Below are positions 30,910-40,023 of a DNA stretch of 64,000 bases, one piece after another (positions within the stretch are counted from its first letter, which is position 1; each line of letters starts with the position of its first letter). The notes beneath the pieces are model-generated. The model worked only from the letters and a program-made list of their open reading frames with translations. It had not been told where the DNA came from and made no database searches. The translations under genes and the position numbers were made by a program. The stretch is taken from assembly GCA_963780185.1 (NCBI GenBank), contig CAWABA010000006.1, forward strand, positions 512,001-576,000, written 5' to 3'. This DNA comes from Candidatus Bathyarchaeota archaeon. Its GTDB lineage: Archaea; Thermoproteota; Bathyarchaeia; Bathyarchaeales; Bathycorpusculaceae.

Positions 30910-32007
30910 TTAGACTTTGATTTCTTCGGTTAAGCCTGCTTCTGGGTACGGGAACAGGTGAGCTTTTTCAAGTGGGTAGGTTATTGTGACTTCTTCTCCG
31001 ACTTCGAACCATGTCTCCGCCAGCGAAGGCCGATTTATTACAAGGCGGTCGCCGTTGTCAAGCCTAATTTCGTAGCGGACCACGGTTCCTTCGAAAGTGA
31101 CTTTCTCTATTTTTCCAGCCAACCCGCCTTCAGAAGCGATTTTCCCAGCTTTCATTTCGCAGGTTTCAGGCCTAATTGCCAGGACGATTCGTTCGCCGTC
31201 TTTTATGCCTGATTTTTTGGCTTTGACTTTTAAGCCGCCTCGCAACTCGATTTCGCACCACCCGTCTGTTTGGGTGATGTAGCCTTCCAAAAGGTTAGAT
31301 TCGCCGATGAAGTGGGCGACAAACAGGCTGTTCGGGTACATGTAAAGCTCCTGCGGCGAGCCAACCTGCACGATTTTACCTTTCTTCATCACCGCTATCC
31401 TGTCTGAAATCGACATGGCTTCTGACTGGTCATGAGTGACATGAATGGCGGTCAGTTTGAGGTCTTTAGCCATCCGCCTGATTTCATAGCGAATTTCGTT
31501 CCTCACTTTAGCATCCAGCTGCCCGAGTGGTTCATCTAGAAGCAGGGTTTTGGCGCCTGCAGCTAACGCGCGTGCAACGGCTATTCTCTGCATCATGCCG
31601 CCGCTGAGTTCGCTGGGGTAAGCGCTTAGCCGTTCGTCAAGTTTAACTAGTTCAAGAACTTCATGCCCAATCGTGTCAGCTTCCTGTGCATCGTAGTTTT
31701 TGACTTTGGGTCCGTAGAGGACGTTGCCCCATGCGGTCATGTGTGGGAACAGGGCGAAGGTTTGGAATACGAATCCGATGTCGCGGTCTTCAGGCGGGTC
31801 TTTGTCGACGCGTCGGTCGCCAATGTAGATTTCGCCGCTGTCAGGTTCAATAAGCCCCGCGATGAGCCGCAGCAACGTGGTTTTTCCGCATCCGCTTGGC
31901 CCAAGCAGCGAAAAATATTCTTGGTCATGTATAGTTAAGCTGATGTTGTCTAAAGCGGCGATTTTCCCGTATTTTTTGGTTACGTTTACGATTCTGACAT
32001 CAGGCAT
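30910..32007 (-). CDS. ABC importer ATPase with TOBE domain (PotA/FbpC/WtpC-like)
   Basis: GPSGCGKT, LSGGMMQR, LLLDEP and VTHDQ. Confidence 0.93.
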   Translation of the reverse strand: MPDVRIVNVTKKYGKIAALDNISLTIHDQEYFSLLGPSGCGKTTLLRLIAGLIEPDSGEIYIGDRRVDKDPPEDRDIGFVFQTFALFPHMTAWGNVLYGPKVKNYDAQEADTIGHEVLELVKLDERLSAYPSELSGGMMQRIAVARALAAGAKTLLLDEPLGQLDAKVRNEIRYEIRRMAKDLKLTAIHVTHDQSEAMSISDRIAVMKKGKIVQVGSPQELYMYPNSLFVAHFIGESNLLEGYITQTDGWCEIELRGGLKVKAKKSGIKDGERIVLAIRPETCEMKAGKIASEGGLAGKIEKVTFEGTVVRYEIRLDNGDRLVINRPSLAETWFEVGEEVTITYPLEKAHLFPYPEAGLTEEIKV

Positions 32008-32058
32008 AACTTGCCTCTCCTATGGAAGATGTTTCCATGGTTTTTATTGGTTACCATG

Positions 32059-33747
32059 CTAACTCTTTCCTTTTCGGGTTATAAGCCTCAAAACAAGCAG
32101 TATGATGAAGCTGAAAAGAATCAAGATGCCGCAGGCTAAACCAACGGTGAGAGCGTTGACGCCTGGAATCGGCGAGGCGACGCCTCGGATGGCGTTAACC
32201 CAGTTAACAATTAGGACTGGCGCAGTTACAAGGTTTGAGGTTACAGCCAAGGTCGCACCTGTTTCACTGACGCTTCGGGCAAAAACGATGATTGCGCCAG
32301 AAAGAATCGAGTATTTTGTCAGCGGCAGCACGATTGAGCGGAAGACAGTGAAGGGTTTGGCGCCCAGCGTTTTGGCTGCTTCCTCCATGTCAACGCTAAT
32401 CCGCTCCATAGCCGCCCCCATTGACCTGACAAAGTACGGGTACGTAATGGCTAAGTGAGCGAAAACAAGAAGCAGAAACGCAGGTATGCCTGGAACACCT
32501 TGCCAGAAGAACTTCAGCGAAACCCCAAGAGCAATCGACGGCACAATTATTGGCACATTGATTAACGTGTCAAGGATGCCTGACACTGTTTTGCCGAATG
32601 TATGACGAGAAATCAGAATAGCCATCGGTATCCCCAAGATAATGCCCAGCACCGTTACTATCCCCGCTAATCCGTAAGAGAGCAGAAGGCTTTGCCAGAA
32701 GCTTGTCCAAACGCCCGCACCCGTTAACGCCTGAATTATAGGGGTTCCCGAAGCTATCGCTTGGAAAGCAGGCAGGGCAACGAAAAGCGAAGGCACCAAA
32801 ACAACAACCAAGAAAACAAACAATGCTAAGCCGTTGCGTGTCCAAGCCGTTTTCTTGTAGCTTAGTTTCTTTTCCAAAACGGGCAAGCCATGTCCGAAAG
32901 GCAACTTTATTTTTGGACTTAAAATACGTATCAAACCGAAAATAGTCAATGAAACCGAAATAAGAATTAGGCTTGTGAAGACGGTTGCGCCTTGGTAGGT
33001 TGCTTGCGGAATTTGCCCCTTTTTGAATTGGTTGCTTAATTCCTGCAGGAAGACGGGTCCGTTGACGAAGGCTCCTGCCACGATGAAGGTGGCGCCTGTT
33101 TCTGAAAGTGACCGAGCGAATGCAAGCAGGAACGCCGCAATCAGAGACGGCTTTATGATTGGGAAAGTGACTGTTCGCGACGCGGTCAACGGCGGAGCGC
33201 CGAGGGTTCTTGATGCCCGTTCATACTCCATCTTGTAATCCAGCATCGCGCCGACTATGACTCGCACGACGACTGGGAACGAAAAAGTGAAATGCAAAAG
33301 CATAACTAGAAGCCAGCCCGTAGAAATTATTGGTCCGCCGAAAAGCGTTGAAATTGGTCCGCCGGGCAAGCTCCAGAAAAGCAGAAGCGAGTAGCCCAAC
33401 GCGGCGGTTGGCACGATGAAAGGTATGTCGGCGAAAGTGTCCAGAACGCTTAGCCACTTTGATTTGCCGCGGGTTATAAGCCAAGCAAGCGGGATGCCAG
33501 CGAGCAGGTCTAAGGCGGCGACAACTAAGCCGATGATGAAGGAGTTCCTTATCGCTGTCAACGCGGTGTTCATCAAGGCGGGTTGGTTGATGACGTTTTG
33601 GACTGTCGGTATTTTAATTAATATGCCGAGGATGGGCGGAATAAGGATTAGAGCGAAAAAAACAGCGACCGCCGAGAGATAGAGGGAGTACTTTAAGGGT
33701 TTTTTAGAGGACCATTTGTTTAGTGTGTTCCACAGTTTGCTAAGCAC
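32059..33747 (-). CDS. ABC importer permease with duplicated domain (FbpB/ModB/WtpB-like)
   Basis: Two EAA loops (ERASRTLGA, EEAAKTLGA) and two FARSxSETGAT motifs. Confidence 0.9.
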   Translation of the reverse strand: MLSKLWNTLNKWSSKKPLKYSLYLSAVAVFFALILIPPILGILIKIPTVQNVINQPALMNTALTAIRNSFIIGLVVAALDLLAGIPLAWLITRGKSKWLSVLDTFADIPFIVPTAALGYSLLLFWSLPGGPISTLFGGPIISTGWLLVMLLHFTFSFPVVVRVIVGAMLDYKMEYERASRTLGAPPLTASRTVTFPIIKPSLIAAFLLAFARSLSETGATFIVAGAFVNGPVFLQELSNQFKKGQIPQATYQGATVFTSLILISVSLTIFGLIRILSPKIKLPFGHGLPVLEKKLSYKKTAWTRNGLALFVFLVVVLVPSLFVALPAFQAIASGTPIIQALTGAGVWTSFWQSLLLSYGLAGIVTVLGIILGIPMAILISRHTFGKTVSGILDTLINVPIIVPSIALGVSLKFFWQGVPGIPAFLLLVFAHLAITYPYFVRSMGAAMERISVDMEEAAKTLGAKPFTVFRSIVLPLTKYSILSGAIIVFARSVSETGATLAVTSNLVTAPVLIVNWVNAIRGVASPIPGVNALTVGLACGILILFSFIILLVLRLITRKGKS

Positions 33748-33968
33748 AGTCCAGCTCCCAAATTTTCAACGTCTGTCTCGCTCAAAGCGCAAGTTAATGC
33801 ATTGTTCAGATATATTAGCTGTTTCTTTAAACGACTGTTTCTCACCATATTTTCGTGTTAGAATATATATTTTTGGAGTTGCCGCCCATAATCTATAGTG
33901 GCGGGCACTTCAACGCTATAGTTTAATAGAAGGCTTTATCAGGTTTAGCCATCAGAATTTTACTTAGG

Positions 33969-34262
33969 GTGAATTTTTTGGAAGAGAAACATAGGATAAT
34001 GAAGAAAAGTTTTGAGACTGAAATGTTTGTTGACAGGAAAAGGTTGCCTTTGAACAATTTTGTGCAGGAAACAATCGGCAACATCATGGCTGGGTTTTCG
34101 AAAACGCGAAAGGTGCTGGATGACGCTCCCGAACTGATTGAAGAGAAAATTAGGCGGCTTGCCAGCTCCAGCGAGTTGACGCCCACGTTTACCCTTGAGG
34201 AGCTAGCTCACGACTTTTCTGAACTGGTACAGTGTTGCGCTCATCGTGATAAGGGCGACTAA
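33969..34262 (+). CDS. Small protein resembling the C-terminal extension of archaeal MobB proteins
   Basis: EMFVDRKRLPLNNFVQETIGNIMAGF resembles the VDGKxIPLNxFV pattern, recognised from memory. Probable start is ATG 33999. Confidence 0.5.
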   Translation: MNFLEEKHRIMKKSFETEMFVDRKRLPLNNFVQETIGNIMAGFSKTRKVLDDAPELIEEKIRRLASSSELTPTFTLEELAHDFSELVQCCAHRDKGD

Positions 34263-34995
34263 ACCGATTACGCCCCAGGCTGGAAGTATTGTGCTCCATT
34301 GGTAGCCGTTGATCATCAAGGCGCGGGTAGCGGTAACGCAGTAGCTTACAGGGTTAAACATAGAGACAGTCTGCACCCAACCAGGCAGGAAACTAAGAGG
34401 AAACAACGCTGGGCTAAGGAACAACAGTGGAAAAGTGATGACGCCGCCTATCGCGAAAACCGTCTCAGAACTCCTTGTCTTCATACCCAACGCTAAAGAA
34501 ATTCCTGACCATGCAAGCCCAAAGAACGCAAGCGTGAAAAAGATAAGCAAAATTCCGACAGCGCCAGTGGTGACATAAAAGGGCTTGTTTTCAGCAGCAC
34601 CCAAAGCGTATCCTAACCCAAGAATTATGGCTGTTTGGACTAACCACTCTGAAGGCGTCACTGGCTAATCTGCCGAGCAGAATCGCGGGACGACTTACTG
34701 GCGTCACAAGCATTTTCTGCAAATATCCCGAGTCAATGTCAGCCACTATCGAGTTTCCTGACTGCAATGCGCTTCCAAAAGCATTTTGCATCACAATTCC
34801 AGCAGCTGCAAACTCAAGATAGGCTACGCCAGCTGGTAATACTCCTGGAAAGTTGGAAAGTTTGCCTAGCAGCTGTGTGAATAATACGAGGAATAAGATG
34901 GGTTGGAAGAGGGAGAAGAATAGCAGGATAGGGGTTCGAACAAGTTTTGTCAGGTACCTTATGAATATGTAGCGGGTATCAGAAAGTAAAGTCAT
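34203..34995 (-). CDS. ABC-2 exporter permease (DrrB-like), frameshift near 34640
   Basis: LFQPILFL, MLVTPVSR, FLSPALFP and NPVSY split over two ORFs. Confidence 0.88.
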
Positions 34996-35001
34996 TTTCG
35001 T

Positions 35002-36000
35002 TTATCTCCTTGCGCCGCCCCACATGGCGCTTGGCGCCTTAACTAGTTCTTCAGTTCGGATTCTTTTGCCGGTGTGCTTCATGAAAACGTCATCCAGCGA
35101 AGGCGAAGAAAACGTTACTGATGCAATCCGAATGTCGCTGCTGTCTAAGGCGCGCACAATATCAGCTATCAGCAGACCAGCGTTTTTGGCGTAAACCGTG
35201 AGGCATTCTTCGGAATCTATTATTTGAGTGACATCCGTCATAGTTTTGATAAGTTCTTTTGCTTTAGTATTGTCTTTCTGGCAGTTTTCAAGTGCAATTC
35301 GAATGGAGTCCGCTCCGATTTCACGTTTTAGATCAATGGGTGAGCCACTTGCAACTATTTTGCCAGTGTCAATTATGGCTAGTCGTTTGCATAGTTTGTC
35401 GGCTTCTTCCAGATACTGGGTTGTTAAAAAGATGGTTATGTCTTCTTCTTTGTTTAATTTCTCCAGATAACTCCAAATGGCTGAACGCGATTGAGGATCC
35501 AAACCAGTTGTCGGTTCATCCAAAAACAAGAGTTTAGGTTTGTGAACAAGGCAGTGGCGAGGTCAAGGCGTTTTTTCATGCCTCCGGAGTAGTTTCTAGC
35601 GCGTCGGTCGGCGGCTGCTTCTAAGCCTACTAAGACTGATAAGTTCGTTTACTCGTTTTTTGATTTCGTCTCCGTCCATCTGGTGGAAGTGGCCTTGAAG
35701 TGTTATGTTTTCTCTGCCAGTTAAGTCGCCGTCGACGGTTGTTTCTTGGCTTTGAACCCCAATGATCTTGCGGATAGCGGCGGCTTGCTTTTCAAGATCG
35801 TAACCTGCGACGGTGACGGTACCCGATGTTTTTCTAAGAAGCGTGGTTAGAATTTTGATGGTTGTGCTTTTTCCTGCGCCGTTTGGTCCTAGAAAACCGA
35901 AGAATTCTCCTTCCTGCACGTTGAAGGAGATGTCGTCAACGGCTTTTGTGCCGTCAGAATAAACTTCAACAAGGTTCTTCACGGAAATAATGTCTGCCAT
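35002..36000 (-). CDS. ABC exporter ATPase (DrrA-like), several frameshifts at 35540-35640
   Basis: GPNGAGKST, YSGGMKKRL, FLDEPTTGLD, TTQYLEEAD and PSLDDVF. Confidence 0.88.
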
Positions 36001-36154
36001 AAGCTGTCAAATACTAGGTTTGCATTTGCAGGATAAAAACATGGCGATTTCTCCCGCAAACGTTCATTTTTTTCAAGCATCTTTAATCCGATCCTGCGCG
36101 AGGTGAGTCAGCTTATCTCAAAACTTATATTCTTAGACTCAGGAAATAAGAATT

Positions 36155-37192
36155 ATGTCCTTTTGGTTTCAAGTTGCAGAGGTCATCGGCGTTAGCGCAA
36201 TCGTTTCCGCAGTTGTTAACGCGGCATTGGAGCAATGGAAATACAAGAAAGAAAGGATGTCTGCCAGACAGGAAGAACACCTAAAATACTCGGTCGAGAA
36301 TTATCCCAACTTCGCAATGATACTCACAAGAGTCAATGACGCCCTAATTTCATGCGAAGGACTCTATTACGTAGCCAACGAAGAAGAAACCGCATCAGAT
36401 ATTACCCGTGAGGATCTATACCGTGGAGTCTCCGATCTTCTTTATTTTCTGGGCACACTCTTCAAATTCGAACAAGATTTCAAATCCAAACAGGGACAAA
36501 TGTTTAGGCTGACTAGCCAGTCAATGGAAATGGTTGCAGACAGTCTTTACGGATTTGTCAGAAGAGACATGCTGTTGAGTGAGACGCAGTGCGTGTACCT
36601 TGCGCAATCAGTGCAGGGAAGGAAGCTAAAGGATTTCCGGGATTTTAGCCAGACAGACCCAGAAGTTCGCCGAATGATCGATGGCAGCATCAACATGATG
36701 CTCAAAAGGGGAATGGCAAACTACGTCAAACGATCACTGAGCACGCTGGGTCGATTATTGACAAATGAGATAGACCGTATCCGGCTTCCAGGATATGAAA
36801 GAAAAATAATTCCCCTGTCGAAGGACCAAAATGAATACATCGAAGGGCTAAAGAGGATACCTGATATCACCTTCATGGACTACGCCGATCCTCCAGAGCC
36901 AATTCGGATTCAGATTTACAACAATTGGGACCACGAAATCCTTTGGAAAATGGGAGAACCCCAGTTTAAAGTCTGCAAGAGGAAGGAAAACGATGAACTC
37001 GAAGAACTTGCAACATTGGAAATATTTGATCCAGAAGATCCGAGCAGGCAGAGGAGGTCACGTATAGGGTCTGGAGAGACTTTGCGGGCTGAATGGCCGA
37101 GCAGACCGAACCGTGAAGAAAAGGGAGAATGGGTAATACAGTATCTCCCAGGCAGCAAGTTTTCTGAAACCTACTACACCTATGGCCAGTAA
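36155..37192 (+). CDS. Hypothetical protein: N-terminal TM, helical core, possible C-terminal Ig-like domain
   Basis: 345-aa ORF with a TATA box (CTTATAT) about 30 bp upstream. Confidence 0.7.
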   Translation: MSFWFQVAEVIGVSAIVSAVVNAALEQWKYKKERMSARQEEHLKYSVENYPNFAMILTRVNDALISCEGLYYVANEEETASDITREDLYRGVSDLLYFLGTLFKFEQDFKSKQGQMFRLTSQSMEMVADSLYGFVRRDMLLSETQCVYLAQSVQGRKLKDFRDFSQTDPEVRRMIDGSINMMLKRGMANYVKRSLSTLGRLLTNEIDRIRLPGYERKIIPLSKDQNEYIEGLKRIPDITFMDYADPPEPIRIQIYNNWDHEILWKMGEPQFKVCKRKENDELEELATLEIFDPEDPSRQRRSRIGSGETLRAEWPSRPNREEKGEWVIQYLPGSKFSETYYTYGQ

Positions 37193-37461
37193 GGCATGGT
37201 TTCACCCAATTACCGGGCCTCGGGCTTTATGTTGCACAAAAACAGGAGTTGGAGGTTATCTGTGATCTTTTCCTAGGAGCAGTGTTATTTTTGGCATAAA
37301 ACATGCAAAGTAATGCGATTCCAGACTATAGATTCACCAAAAAATGAAGAATTGACCAATACGGATTCAAAAAAACCATTCAAAATAATCTGCTCAACCA
37401 TATGAGCATGTTATGAGCGCTTAAACCTTCATTTAGCCAATTACGTGCAAGGCGTCACTGT

Positions 37462-37767
37462 ATGATAACTAACTTAGAAAATAACGGAAAATCCGAAGAA
37501 AATGTTCCTGAACAAACTCAAATCAAGTACATAAGGTGCCCAGATTGTGGCGAAAAAATCCCTATGGTTCCAACGTTGGGAGAAATGATTGAAGCCATCA
37601 ATCATCATGTAAGCACCCACAGAAAGCAACCAAACGCCGACGTGACAGTGGCTCACTTAAAAACGCCAACAATTTGCATGGAATTGACCAAGCAAGTCTT
37701 ACAACGAGCTTCGGACATAGATGCCGACGTGCCAGATGCTCGCCAAAAGCCTTCTCTCTGGCTTTAG
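37462..37767 (+). CDS. Small C2H2-like zinc-finger protein
   Basis: IRCPDCGEKI...AINHHVSTH. Confidence 0.7.
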   Translation: MITNLENNGKSEENVPEQTQIKYIRCPDCGEKIPMVPTLGEMIEAINHHVSTHRKQPNADVTVAHLKTPTICMELTKQVLQRASDIDADVPDARQKPSLWL

Positions 37768-37987
37768 AGCCACCCCGCATGTCGAATGCAAATTTCTGCT
37801 GATTAGCAGCATGCAAAAAGTGAACCCACTGTCGATACCGAGTAGAATTTTCGCGTTTTGCATTCTCTCTCTTTATTTTTTGTTGTTTGTTTGAGAGACG
37901 TTTTTCAAAATCTGCATTTAATAAGGCTACTAAGATAACAGAAGATGCTTGTCGTAATCGCCCAACACGTTCGCTTGGATAATTGGC

Positions 37988-38425
37988 TCATTGGCCATGG
38001 TCGACTAAGGGGTATCGGGTCATGGCAGCAAGCATTACTTCACTGAAGCTTTTTTTGCTCAGATGGCGAGCAAAATCGGAAGCAGCTATTATACCAATCA
38101 ACACCTTTTCTTTTGTAACTGGAAGTCGCCTGATTTTATACTTGACCATTATCCTCGCAGCATCTCTAAGTGAGGAGTCCTCATTAATTGTTATTAGCGG
38201 ATTTGACATTACCTCAGAGACTTTAGTATCAAGCGGTTTTTTCTGCGCCAGCACCCTTCTAACTAAATCTCTTTCAGTAACAATGCCCTTAGCTTCAACG
38301 CCATCCATCACTACGAGGTCACCTACATCTTGTTGATGCATTAGTTTTGCAGCCTCAAGAACGGTCCTATTGACCTCAATGGTGATAACATTCGTCGTCA
38401 TAAAATCTTTTACAGTTGGCATCAC
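37988..38425 (-). CDS. CBS-pair protein
   Basis: VKDFMT, GIVTERDL, VSEVMS and IRRLPV. Confidence 0.93.
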   Translation of the reverse strand: MMPTVKDFMTTNVITIEVNRTVLEAAKLMHQQDVGDLVVMDGVEAKGIVTERDLVRRVLAQKKPLDTKVSEVMSNPLITINEDSSLRDAARIMVKYKIRRLPVTKEKVLIGIIAASDFARHLSKKSFSEVMLAAMTRYPLVDHGQ

Positions 38426-38529
38426 TTTAAGAGACCGTAACCAACGGTATAAAAGTTTTGCAAAATCACAATTCAGGATTGTGAACCAAATATGTTTAAC
38501 TTGAGTTTCCTAACAGAAAACGAAAAGGA

Positions 38530-38844
38530 ATGCACTCAGAAAAATACACGAATACGCTTTCCGCTACTGGAGAGCCACGGTTGAATATCAAGAATACGGT
38601 AAAGAGGGCCCAGTCATGCCCCTATTGCCTGGGCACAAAACAAACCAGCAGATACAAGTACGTTCAGTTAGCCCACGCGTACTTTGGCGGTTCACCGAAA
38701 TATGTTAGCAAATGGATTAGCGTTAACGAAGAAGAAATTAATGCTGTAAACGAAGGACGGATACTATTGAGGGAAGAGGGGAAAAATTACCGATACCTCT
38801 ACAAGAAGAAGGTAAGTTCAGCAACAACAATAGGATATTATTAG
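38530..38844 (+). CDS. Hypothetical protein with CPYC motif
   Basis: 104-aa ORF. A decayed paralogous fragment at 39039-39170 supports coding status. Confidence 0.6.
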   Translation: MHSEKYTNTLSATGEPRLNIKNTVKRAQSCPYCLGTKQTSRYKYVQLAHAYFGGSPKYVSKWISVNEEEINAVNEGRILLREEGKNYRYLYKKKVSSATTIGYY

Positions 38845-38907
38845 CAAAACCAAAAAGCACATAAATAGCACTAGAGTGTAAACAGCAACACGACTAAGAC
38901 GAAATAC

Positions 38908-38981
38908 GCGATAATAGTACAGCTTGGTTAGTACATAGGCTTGCCAAGTCTAGGACCCGGGTTCAAATCCCGGTTATCGCA
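38908..38981 (+). tRNA. tRNA-Gly(GCC), intronless, no encoded CCA
   Basis: Acceptor GCGATAA/TTATCGC, D-stem GTAC/GTAC, anticodon arm TAGGC-TTGCCAA-GTCTA, T-arm CCGGG-TTCAAAT-CCCGG. Confidence 0.92.
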
Positions 38982-39038
38982 CTGTCATAATTCCCATTGG
39001 TATTTCAATTCGACCTTTTCAAACCGTAAGATTTTTGC

Positions 39039-39170
39039 AAATTAATTCAACTCTCTAAGGTCTATTCTAGCGGCTCATCGAAATTCATTGGCAAATGGCT
39101 CTAACCTAACAGAAGAGACAAAATCCCCGATACGCCTACAAGAAAAAAGTTCAGTTCAGCGGCAACAATA
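39039..39170 (+). pseudogene. Decayed copy of the 3' half of ORF 38530-38844
   Basis: KLIQLSKVYSSGSSKFIGKWL* aligns with KYVQLAHAYFGGSPKYVSKWIS. Shared downstream CGATAC..CTACAAGAA..AGTTCAGC..CAACAATA. Confidence 0.7.
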
Positions 39171-39277
39171 TGGCATAACCACAAAGCAGATAAATAACAG
39201 CCGAGACTATCACAAAGTTAGCCCGAATCGGTGAGAGCATCGCCAGAGGTCGTATTCCAATAAGATTTCATGTATGT

Positions 39278-39384
39278 GCGGTCGTAGTCTAGTTTGGTCT
39301 AGGACATCAAGCCCCTGAGTTAGGCTCTGGGCGTGTAAGCCTGCCACGCTGACGACCCGGGTTCAAATCTCGGCGACCGCACCA
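39278..39384 (+). tRNA. tRNA-Gly(GCC) with a 29-nt intron at 29/30 (39310-39338)
   Basis: Acceptor GCGGTCG/CGACCGC. Spliced arm TCAGC-CTGCCAC-GCTGA. BHB with central helix ACAT/GTGT. CCA is encoded. Confidence 0.92.
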
Positions 39385-39831
39385 TAACCCATTCATTTTT
39401 CCTAGCGCGGTCAGAAGGTCGTGTAATCCAAAAAAGTGAAACATCGTGAGTTTGCTTTCCCCGAGAATAAATAATGGGTAGGCTGGTTCTCGAACGCCTA
39501 GAGAAGGCGCCTTTTGGGAAGCAATGCTGCTTCATCATTTACGACTGATCCAAACCCGAAATCTAAAAATCAGCTCAAGAAAAGCCCCAATTGGCAACCT
39601 CCCACCTATAGGGATACCCAGTACTTATTACAAAAACCTAACAAGCATGAGTTCCGAATGTAGCCAACCTACCCCCGCCCCACTATTTACAATTGGGAAC
39701 AGCAGGTAAAAAACGAGCGACAGCAAACCAGTCTTAGCTCAAGTCAATTGAAGATTCTTTCTTAGCCTCTTCAGGGCAGCTTCAGCGGGGTTTTAATGCA
39801 TTGATTTATAAATTGAAGATTCCATAAGGAA

Positions 39832-40023
39832 ATGAGATTCCAAATGAAATTGCGAAGAAAGAAACCTGAAGATTCTTCCAGCCAACAGGAACCGCAGAAA
39901 AAAAAGCTCAAAGGAAAATCTAAAGGTTTCGAAGTTTCTGAAGACAAAATGAAGTTTTTTATCGCAAAGGGTGTGGGTAAAAAGCACGCGCGCTACGCTG
40001 GAGGAAGCTTGGTGGATGAATAA
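39832..40023 (+). pseudogene. Truncated paralogue of the cytoplasmic domain of the next gene
   Basis: EVSEDKMKFFIAKGVGKKH aligns with EIADSKVKFFVAKGRRKKH at ~41465-41520. Confidence 0.6.

Noticed and set aside
39500-39560. C/D box sRNA from minus-strand ATGATGA
   Set aside because: No downstream CTGA D box at a suitable distance.
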